NCBI GenBank assembly: GCA_038496445.1
Contig: JALMLS010000032.1
Coordinates: 1 to 34,811, forward strand
Reading direction: 5' to 3'
Source of the DNA: Trichosphaerium sp. ATCC 40318
Lineage: Eukaryota; Protista; Tubulinea
DNA length: 34,811 bases
Made by a program: the position numbers and the translations under genes. Within the stretch, counting starts at the first letter, position 1. Each line of letters opens with the position of its first letter. Of the stretch, positions 21,010 to 31,863 are shown in pieces. The notes under the pieces are model-generated. The model searched no databases and had not been told where the DNA came from. It saw only the letters and a list, made by a program, of their open reading frames with translations.

Positions 21010-24000
21010 TTAATTTGTATTTGATAGAGCTATAGTATAGTCTGATGGTTGACGAGGAGTCATTAGTTTTAAAGGAGTTTCTACGCTCGAGAGTTAAATC
21101 AAAGAAAAAAAAAGATGAAAAAAAAAAAGAACATACTAAAGACGCTTGCGTTGTACGCCACAAGTGGTTTCGCATGTGGCTGTAATGTAATAGATAAACT
21201 TGGTTTATATTTTTTAATAGTAGCAGCTATTGATTCTGAGTCTCCTTGCCACCAGTACGGAATTAGAATCAATGTGATGCCTAATATAAAAACGTGAGAA
21301 AGTATAAAAAAAAATTAACACAATTTCTCTAAAAACACAGCCGTTCACTTGAGTACACGTGTACTGAATCGGATGCCAAATGAAATTTTTTGTTGGAAAG
21401 TTTGAAAAATGGACATTGTCAGAAAAATAAAACAAAGGGTTGCCACCCTTTGGCAATGAGGTGGGTGTTTTCTCCTTTTCTTTTTTTTTTTTTTTTTGGT
21501 GCATTTTTTTCAAAATCAGATTAAAGTCTTTTAGTTGTACCGATATCAATACACAGTTGTTGTTTCTCCTCATCATGTGCTTCACGTGTACCCACATTAA
21601 GGCCTTCAGGAAATACTTCATTATAATGTTGTTGTCCTTATCAGAGAGTAAATGGTTTTAAGAGTTTAAATGGGCTTGTTTTTACCTTGGTATTCGAATG
21701 CTAAGTTCAAGTCTGCTACAAATATGTCTAAGGTAAATGAGGACGTTTGACCATGACCAATAAGAAACTCTTCCTCAACATGACTATCAGGTAAAATGGT
21801 CTTAACACACTCAAGCAATCGCCTTGGGAAGAAGTGTTTGTAACGAAAAGAAAAAATAAGAAAAAAAGAGGAAAATACCATTGAGCAGCTCGTGCGTTTC
21901 TTTTATAAAATTTACTCCAATCCCATTTGAAATAAGGATCAATAAGTTCTAGAGAATGTGGAAATGATTTAACAAAAGAACTAGATCCCCATGTTGCCAA
22001 TTCATCCTTTGACACTCTGTACCTATAAAAAACTTTATAAAAAACAAACAAAAATCTGTTCCTTGCAATTTCTCTTTGTAGTAGTTTGATTAAGGGGTCA
22101 CGCCCCTTAAATAACGATTTTGTATTATGTACATTATAGTACATTTGTACCACAACTTTCAAGCCTTACAAGCAAAATTTTTGTTGAGGGATAAGAAAAT
22201 AAAAGTTTTTTCTTGCAGAAAAAAAATAGCAGCTTACCAACTCTCTGATGTAGTTATCCCCAAGAAGTTTTTAATTTTCTTCAAGTAACCAAAATCAGTT
22301 ATTGGTACTGTATATCCTTTGAATACCCTTGATATAGCATTTGCAATAGATTTATACCTAAGGTACAAGTGATTAAACACTGACTTAAAAAATAATTCGG
22401 AAAAACAGTTTCAAAGTGTCGTTTCACTGACAAACCGCAAAGCGTTGTTTAGATGAACATAAATAAAAGTACACAGTGTTGATAAATGTATTAGGTTCAA
22501 CCTACTGCGTTTTGTTTTGTGTGATACGCGTGGTTGTACTTTTTTTTGGAATCCAAAGTTAAGTTACCTTCTTATTATTAAGCCGCCTCCAGTTTTTCTG
22601 ATAACATCGCTATTAGTCAATGCTAATTGTTCTAAATCTTTTATATTCAGTTTCTTTGCAATATCATTTAGCCGGTCAACTTGTGTATCAATGTCATTCC
22701 AATTTTTATTAACACCAATGCGTCTTTTAATAAAGCAGTTAAAAAACTAAAATTAAAGAAAAAAAATCTGATCATGATTTTTTGGTTGATTTGTAGTACG
22801 TTATCTTGGAAGTATTCCATTTTTCATTTGGAAATAGTCTAGATAATGCCGTGTGAAAAGATCCGTTATAATACCTAGATAAGAAGATGATAAATACGTA
22901 AAAAAAAACACATTTGAATTTAGCTGAAATGTCAAAAAATGTGTCAAAGTTTGTTCTTGGCTGAATCACTTTAATATTTGGCTCCACGTTTCATACTTGG
23001 TCTTAAGACGAAGAAAATTACACTTTTCTGGGAGTTTCTTGTTGTCTAAGACACGAAAAGTTTCTACAGATGAATCTTTGGAAGTGGGAGCAAAAAACTT
23101 CGTAAAAGAATACGCACTTTTTGATAATGTTTTGAGTATCCCGTGTTAGTATCTCGTCTTGGACTTCATGCCTTTTTTATAGTGCGGTAAGTATTTTCTT
23201 GCATTTAAATGTTTTGGTTTTACCAATGAGTTATATTTGTTGCTCCACAATCACTAGCCAATTTTTTAATGTACTCTCGTTGATGAGAAAAATCATCCCA
23301 ATAATTTCGTAAAGCCAACCTTTTCTTTTGTAAGAAAAAACAAAGAATAGTCAAAAACAATGCGTTCAAAGGGATGTCTGATTAGAAGAAATATTCAAGG
23401 GCGCGTATATGGAAAAAAGACAGCAACGGCAAGTGACGTCCAGATGAGCTTTTCATCAAAACTTTTTGACTGTGACGATTTTACTTATTTTTTTTTTAAT
23501 GACCATTTTCTTGACAATTGCACATCTTTGACGTACTTGAACTTCCAATCTTCCCAATAAAATTCAGCGTATATATGCTTAAGTGCGTTTTCAATTGACC
23601 CTTTATATCTAGGAACATAAGAAACTACAGTAGAAAAAAAAGAGAAAAGGTAGGTACATCTTAAGCACTGAGCTCGCTAAATCCCTGATTTCCCAGTGTG
23701 CTGTAATGTACCAATCTGAATATAACTTTATACCAAGACGTATAGCTATAGAATCGAACAACTGACGCTGTGTTGACAGATCTCTCCGTTGTTTGCTTGG
23801 AATCCAACTAAAGGACGAATTAAATACAAAATTGAAAACAAACCCAAAAAAAAGAAAAAAAAAAGAAAAAACTAATACGATAATAGAGAGGACTCTAAGA
23901 TTCCACTATAATTATATTTCATAGCTATATATATATATATAGGAAAGAGTCGATTCTATCATATAATTGAAAATAGAGAGCGAGTGTAACAAAGTATTTG

Positions 24001-24726
24001 ACTTGGGAACAGAAAAGCCAATTGAAGCAAAAACAAAATCTGAAGAACAAAAAAAAAGGTACTCAGTCCACATACTCTAAACGAAGGTCATCCCAATTAT
24101 GCTGAGGGTAAAGACTACTAAGAGTCTTTGCCATAGAACCATCATACGACCTAGAAGTTGGCTTAGACAGCTGTTTTTCTGCTGTCACTTACTTCCTAAC
24201 GATAGAGCTACCTCCGTTAATATGTACATCGTAGCTAGAGACGAAGTTCCATTCGTCAAGAAGTTTTACGTTCAACTTTTGGCCAATCTCATCAAATCTA
24301 TTTCTTTGATGGTCTATTCGACTCCAATATTGCTTTGGCACGCGTCTGGACAAGAGATTAGTTGATTTCTGGGGTTTAGGGGTTTTTTGGCTGTACGTGA
24401 AGTTTAGCGAACGCCATGGATATTCTGGAAAGGTGGCGCTCAGGGTTCGAGATAGAGAACCATTGTAGCTGCTTCTGTTTGAGTGTCAATTCGAAAAAGT
24501 AATCTGTACCGTTGCAAAGCACTCACACCAGCGCTTGATGTGATATCGTTTGCTGATTTAGTGTACCAAACATCCAGAACGTGTACACGTTCTTTTTGTC
24601 CAATTTCGTTAAATACTACTCTATGTTGCGCTCTTACGCCTACAAAGCGTTACAACAACTTTACACAATCTGAAATGCTACAAATTTGTTAAATGACATT
24701 CTCTTACTTGCTGAATATGCTCTCAT
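21010..24726 (-). CDS. Tandem ~70-aa Trp/Tyr-patterned repeat protein (~6 units) with a C-terminal PD-(D/E)xK/Vsr/RAP-like nuclease-fold domain
   Basis: Spliced repeats of the form 'YW...QR..FD.I...L.....DW......I...GG...Y.GS...AL...FP...W....F'. C-terminal 'VEEEF...FTLDIFVADLNLAFEYQGQQHY...DEEKQQLCIDIGITLILIPYWW'. The start codon is tentative. Confidence 0.75.
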
Positions 24727-24952
24727 CTAGAACTAAGCACAACTACACTATTCAAATCCATTGTAGTTTAAATACAACTCGACAGAACGTAACGGTATTA
24801 TTAATGGGTTCCACGAGCTCTTATTCCCTTCAGATTAAATGTGAAACACAGTGTATTGCTGTGGCGCTCTTTTTAGCACCCGACAAACTCTCGGGTGAAA
24901 AACGAACAATTTGAGTCAACCTCTATCACCATTTCATCTGACGTGTGACACC

Positions 24953-26445
24953 ATGGACCCACTGTATGTGGTAAAGATGATAGGCGTGTATATCATGGCC
25001 GTACTATTCTTTATAATGATTTGTGCCATGCCTACGATCCTAACAGTCTCTACTATCCTTATATCGCCTCTGCTGTTAATTGCGTTAAACCAAAGGCAGC
25101 TACAGATCGTGTACTGCCGCGTAGCAGAGTTTTATTTCCCTGTCATGGACTGGCTCCTTGAAGAATGGGGTGGTAGCCGTCTACACTTCTCTGGTGATGA
25201 TATACCGGAACAAGAGGATGCTCTGATCTTCAGCAACCATTTAGTTGGCATAGATTGGCTTTTGATGCCTATACCTTTAGGACTGGTATGTCTTATTACA
25301 TTTAGAGCGTGTAGGCTAATTCGGGACCAGCGTAAAGGAAGAGTTGGCAGTCTCAAGTTTTGTGCTGCTGATTACATATTCTACATCCCTGGGTTCGGAT
25401 TGTGCATATACATGATGGGTACAGTATTTTTAAGCCGAAACTGGACTAAAGTACGTCACTTGCTTTGAATTGCCGCGTCTACGCTATGAACGCATTACAG
25501 AACCACTGCTAAGAGGTTTAGGATAAAGCTACAATGGATAAAACATTTGCCCGCCTTAAAAACAAGAAGGTACACATCACAGCCTTATAACTAAGCGTTT
25601 TGAAGCCATTTAAAGAATTTTGTGGTAAAAAAGATCATTCGTTTTTGTATTTTGTTGAAACAAGCCCATTTGTACTCTATCGCACGTATATTACTATGGA
25701 GGGCATCGGGAGGTGGGTGTTTTTGTATTTCCCAACTTTGGTAAAGTGGGGTGGGTTTTTCTCGAGTTTTACTTTATTAATTAATGCTTTTTATTAGTTG
25801 CCTTTCTGGCTTGTTTCCTACCCAGAAGGAACTCGTAAGACAGAAAAAAAGTTAAAACTAAGCCAAGATTGGGCAAAGAAAAATGATAAACACGTTTTTA
25901 ATCACGTGCTTTATCCTAGATTCAAAGGATTTGTTGGAACAGTTAAAACGATGAGGTTTGATGATTTTAATAATGATTGAAGTGTCTGACTGTTTCTTTT
26001 CAGAGATAGTGTTGATGCGCTCTATGATATAACTATTGCGTACCAAGGAGGACCATGGCATACAATGCAGTTTGTTTTAGGCATCTTGATGCGCCAGTAA
26101 GTGTTTAATTCATGAAAAGCTTTCCGCGTTTTTTTTTACTTCAACTTTGTTCACTTCATCTGTTTCTCAGCTAATGTTTCTTTAGTCCTTTTGATATACA
26201 TATAAATATCAAGAGGTACCCTATTAATGAGGTACCTAACGATACAGAAGGACTAAGAAAGTTCTTACTTGATAGATGGATTGCAAAAGAAAAACTTTTG
26301 CAGGTACAAACAACAATCTTCTTATTTTCCTTTTTTGACTTTATTCTGAACCTCTCTTTAGGATTATCATGACAATGGATGTAAATTCGAAGGCGCTCAC
26401 CCAATACCAAGAAAATTTATTGCAATGAAAACAAACTGGAACTAG
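24953..26445 (+). CDS. Lysophospholipid acyltransferase (LPLAT; AGPAT3/4/5-LCLAT1-like)
   Basis: Catalytic NH(x4)D motif 'SNHLVGIDW', plus 'FLSRNWTKD', 'YPEGTR', 'HVLYPRFKGF', 'ALYDITIAY' and 'DRWIAKEKLL'. N-terminal transmembrane segment; 7 exons. Confidence 0.9.
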
Positions 26446-26718
26446 TACATGACGGTATCTCCACAACCTCACGTAAATCGTTTTTTTTTATCTGAAAAAA
26501 AAAACAAAACCGAGGACAGAACACAAAAAGAAGGTCACCGTCACAACCCCAAAAGGTTTATGTCAAAAATATATTTAATTTTATGATCACGTGACATTGT
26601 TTTTGTAGTATTTCTTTCTTGTACACGTGTGTGGAATCAAACAACAAAAAAAAACTTGCAACACGTTTTTTTTTCTTTCAATCTTTTTTTTCTTTTCCTT
26701 CTTCTTTTTCTACTTTAT

Positions 26719-29449
26719 TTAAAGTTTATGCCTTGTATTTGATCTCTTACTCTTGGTTCTACGGTAAGGTTTATCTGATACAGGTACTGCAAGCGTAGTG
26801 GCGGATTTCTGCTTTTTTGTTTTCTTCCAAAATTTATTCTTTGATTTTCTTGTTTCCTCTCTTGAGCTCGCAGCTGCCTCCATTAAGCTTGGTGCCTCGC
26901 TAGCACTTCTGTTACGATTCTCTGAACTTGTTCGTGACTCTACAGTGGCAAAAGTAGATGCTCTAGACCTTGTAGTCTCCTCTGTTTGTCGTGGTAAGTT
27001 ATCTATTGAGGTCGTTAGTATCCAAAATCCAAGTAATCAGACCTCTACTTTTAGTGTCCTGGGCAGTCCACTTTATCCATCTACGCCATGATTCAACACC
27101 GCGAGCGATATTATTTGTTATTTGCATTCTTGCGTATCCATCTAAAACAACCACACGTGAGAAACACGTGAAAAGAGAAACAAGCTTTTTGAAACTTCTT
27201 TTTCGCTTCCAAAATTGTTTTTTTGACTTGCCTGAACGAGAGGCCATTAAAGAATTATCAGAAGTTATCCTATGTATTTAATAAATATTTAAGATTACTA
27301 TGTTAATTTCAACACTTACCAATGTCGAATATCTTTACTTGTCTTTGATTCAATGCCCTTTTTTTAAAATCTATTAATAACAACATATCAAAAAAAAAAA
27401 AAAACTGCACTATGTCTGTTACCTCAAAAAGTCGGAGTGAGAAATAAAGTAACATGCTTGAATTTCGTTTTAGTATAACCAAAGCCTCAGCACATAATGA
27501 TACGAAAATCTTCCATATTTTAAGAGATACCATCGCCTCTTTAAGCTCTAAAAAAACCCATAAGATTTGTATCTTCAAAAAAAAAAAGTTGTGTCTAACC
27601 TGGAGGAATTGCAAACCTTGGACCAATCACATTTTTCGTCTACAAAAGCGTTAATTACAGAATTAAACAACAAACATTATTAATAATTACCCTCTGTTCA
27701 AAATTATGGCCTAGATCCACGTGATATATGTAGTGCTTAGTCTAATAAACAATGAATAAATCCAATTTTTTTTACTCCAATCGTCGTACAGTAGAAACCA
27801 AAATATTATCTGGATGGCTATCACGAATACCCAGAACCTTGTGTTCAGTAAGCCACGAATACCAATATTATATCCATTTATACTACTATAAACCGTACCC
27901 ATCTGGCGGTATATCCACCGGCTGCTGAAGCAATGAATGTATCACGCTGTTCGGGTGAAAGAGTTGCCAAAAATTGTTTCCAATTTACTTTCATCACAGG
28001 TAAGCAATCAGGAATAAACTCAATCCAACCAGAGTTTACGCTTAATAAAAAGCGTTAATCAACGCAACGGATTGTAAATTTTTTTAACACGTGGGAATCA
28101 CGTGAGTTTCACAAAAACCCCGAAAATGCAGCTAAAATATTTTTTTGTACCTCGCCGGCATTACTCTGTATTGTTGTACAAATGGTTTTAAAGGCATATT
28201 AGAGTTCTCCCACATACGATTCATTATGAATTGTAGACTATGCATTAAGAAATCCTGGCTTAGTTTATCATCAGTTTTCCAAACAAGTTTCGAAATAGTC
28301 TTATTCTTTCTCCTAACAAAAAAAAAAGTTAACAAACAATACCAGAAATTCTACAAGTTATTCACGTGTTATGAAAAAAAACTACAAAACTGCATATGTG
28401 ATGGTTAGTTGAACTATATTTATAGGTACCTGAATTCCACTAGAAGAGGTTTAGTACTGCTTTTGATTACTTGAAGTATAACTGCTTCTTCAACAGAATA
28501 TCCAGTGAATGGTTCAACAATAGGATCTGTTAACTCGATGACATCTCCTTTAGAGCATTGTGCAAGATGACTCTCGAATTCTCTTAGGTTTCTTAGACCA
28601 TCACTTATGATCCACGTCAGGTGCGTGTTTTGAAAACCGTAGCCAATCATCTTGAGCCTGTGTTGTTCATCAAAAATCTGTTATCACGTTTTGTCTTTTT
28701 TTTGCGAAATGTTTGTATGTATGTACCAATATATCTGACATCCTAGGAGAGGTTCTTCTCCTACACGAACAGCCAAGTTCTTAAGAATGGTATCGTATAC
28801 TTTATCATCTTCTGTAGCTTCCAGGAATCGGATAATGAGAGGCTAAGTAAAAAAACAGTAAGTCGTTTTACTCAAATTTTTTTTGATTGAGTTTTTTATC
28901 GTACCATGTACCAATACAATTGGTTTGTTGTCATACCGAGTATAGCCTTAGGTTCTTAAACAAGGGTAAGTTAAAATCCAAAAAGGAAAAAACTGCGCAA
29001 GCACAACTAGCGACGAAAGAAAAAAAAAAAAAAAAAATCAAAAAAACTAACTGCTTACAACAAAAAAATTGAAAGAGCGTTTCTTTGGCTCACCTAGAAT
29101 ATCGTTCGTATACTGAAACATAAATAACCCATCTTTTACCTTCCCTCTACGTCTCTTCTTCCTAACACATACTGATTTATCCCATCCACATAGTACTACA
29201 CCAGTAGAAAGTTCTTTAAGCGCCTTAACAAAAAAAAAATAAATAACTAATTTCAAACTTCTTTTTTTGAGTTTAAAACACGTGATATCAGATAAAAATA
29301 TAACAATTCGGCGTATTTAAGAATTAATTAAAGGCGTTTTTACGTACTTGTTGTACTTTATTTCTAACTTGTTCGTTATCGTGATCAAGTAATGTAATAA
29401 GTTCTAATATTGGTTTAGGTATTTTTTTAGCTCCTTCCGTTGCTTCCAT
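26719..29449 (-). CDS. Small phosphatidylinositol 3-/4-kinase-family protein with a divergent catalytic loop
   Basis: Helical-like 'NQLYWYM', 'IKSSTKPLLVEF', 'LVWKTDDKLSQD', 'SGWIEFIPD', 'FIASAAGGYTARWVLGIRDSHPDNILV' and 'YHVDLGHNF', then a basic low-complexity tail. One homopolymer frameshift near 27360. Confidence 0.8.
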
Positions 29450-29857
29450 TGTTGTAATTTCTCAAAACGAATGAAAACGTGATAAATCACATGGTTTACA
29501 AATACAGACGTGCTCAGAGGTTTTGAGCGCTATTGATTAGGCGCAACTATAAGCTGTACTTACTTACAGGCGTTTAAAGGCTAAAAACTACGAAAGCTGC
29601 ATGTTGCGGTTTAATTTTCTCAATTCACATTGTGTCCCAATCCTACTCGAAACAAAAAATACCTTCTGAAGCTTCTCGCATATCATTGATGTAAATGAAA
29701 GTTAAGTATCAGCACGTGCAATAGAATGGCTGGATGGAGTGAACCAATGAACGTTTTTTACACTCACAACCACTTGATGGTGTTATGAGAGTAACTCTGA
29801 GTATTACAGATAAAGTTGATGTTCTGATATCTTAGGAATTTTTCGATGGCAAGTTCT

Positions 29858-31384
29858 TTATTTTTTAAGCTTTGCAAGCTCTTTAATATGACTTGGTCCA
29901 ATACCACAGCATCCACCGATTATAGTAAAACCTCTTTCATCATTCCATCCTTTGGACACAGACAAATAATCTTCCTACAAAAGAAAAACAATATGAGATT
30001 TTTTTTAAAGAAAAAAATCCCAAAAACCATAAACCCCCTCCAATTGTGCTGACGTATAAAAGTATACAAACATAATATATCATTGAAAATACTTGTGTGT
30101 ATAATCTCTATCATTTAAAAACACCACGAAACCCTCATATGTCCAAGCAACCTTGTGCAAATCCAAAAAAAAAGAAAGAAAAAATTAAGAAAAAAAAAGC
30201 AGGATAAAAATATCGTACAGGAGAAATATCTCTCATTGCTCTGAAGCCGGATCCTTCGTATTCGGTTTTCTCAGGCATAGGTTCGAAAGCGTTTGCGTAA
30301 GCACCTAAGTGACAATTCTTTCCTTTAATGGCTTCTTTGAGCATAGGAACAGCACTTGTTATTGATGCGATTGAACAGCAATTGACAAGCAACCCTGAGA
30401 TCCTATCAAACCCAAATTCTTTCTCAATTTTATCCAAGGCTTCTTTAAGACTCTGACCTTTCTGGGAGAGAAATTCTAAAAGGTTTAAGAAGAAAGGTAA
30501 AATCTTAGCTTTTTGGGTTTTTTCCACTTTTTTTCGTCTTTTCAAACGAACCTGGATTGGTGTCATCAAGAGTGATGCTCAGAAGTATAGGTTTCCCTTG
30601 AGCGTGATTGTAACCAGCTTTGAGTGCTTCCAGCATCTCAGTACTATGAGACATGGTTTCGGCAATGAAGATATCAACATCTTTTGCTAAGTTCTTTGCG
30701 ATCTGTTCATTTGTAAGTAGGGTTTTTGTGTTTTCTATTTTTTGAGTTGCATGTACCAGATCGTATGTCACAACCATCTCTGATACAGGTATCATCTTAT
30801 CGGGCCTATAAGATGCTGATAGAGGTGGTAAACTACCTAAAACAAGAAAGGTAAGGCGACTTTATGGATTTTTTTTGGGAAGAAAAGTTGTTAAACTTGC
30901 CTGCGATAAGGACACCTTCTTTCTTGGCGTTTGTGCGTGCTTTTACAGCACATGTAGCAGAAAGAGCAGTAAGATCTCCAACACGATCTTGTTTGTTCAC
31001 TTTCGACAGATAGAAAGGAGTAGCTGCGTAATTCGAAGTAGTAATGATATCGGCTAATCAAAACAAAAACAAAATTAGAAAGTGGCGTTCTACGCCACGT
31101 GACTTTTTTGAATTTTGTTGAAAAGAACCTCCAGCTGCTATGTAGTCTTCATGTACTTTAGTTACAGCGCTTGGTTGCTTTAGAAGAGCTGCAGATGACC
31201 ATATCTCAGTGTCGCAAAGAGAAGGATCTCTACCCTAAAGAAAAGCGAAAAACTTGTGAAAAACTAGAAAGGCCAAGAAATAAACGCGAGAAACGTCTTT
31301 ATTAGGTTGGAATTACTCTATTCTGATACATACCTTGAGTTCGCGACCCATACCACCGTCTAGAACGTAGAAAGCTTTATTCAT
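29858..31384 (-). CDS. Homocysteine S-methyltransferase family protein (MmuM/BHMT-like, Zn-dependent)
   Basis: 'VLDGGMGRELK', 'WSSAAL', 'VHEDYIAAGADIITTSNY', 'IAGSLPPL', 'FIAETMS', 'LLVNC', 'GAYAN' and 'IIGGCCGIGPSHIKEL'. Confidence 0.92.
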
Positions 31385-31863
31385 TTGTCAAACTTGATTA
31401 AAATAGTGTTAAGCGGTTGATTACGCTTGTATTTGATGATTTATGGTTAGGGATGGGTATACCGTCAACGTTGAGTCTTGGGAACGCTAAGTAGTACACG
31501 CGACTCCGTTTTTCCGTTTTAGTATCCTTAAGTGACTATAAACAACTCCGAGATTGTTGATGTGTCACTAGAACTCGAGGGATCAACTTCTGTTCGTGTG
31601 ACAGCGAATTCTAGCAAAATTTTTTGCTTTGGAAACAAGTGTCAACAAACTTCTCCTCACTACACGGCTCGCAATGTTTTTTGTCAGCAAACACGTGATT
31701 GTGCAATTATGATGTGTTTTCCCGAAGTTCATAACAAAGCTATCTGTGGTTATTGTGTGGAGCTCTGGGAGGCAGCAATTTACCTTCGGCACAGTGAAGA
31801 AAAAACGAGACCAAAGGCTTTCTGCTCTTCGCCTCAAAGTTCGACTTAGCAGCAGTCTTCATC

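Noticed and set aside
23927-23941. (TA)n tract with weak flanking symmetry
   Set aside because: An ordinary intronic microsatellite with no convincing TIR or TSD.
31522-31529. GTATCCTT, a perfect U12 donor-like octamer upstream of the kinase
   Set aside because: No matching branch site/acceptor or exon frame could be established, so it may be chance.
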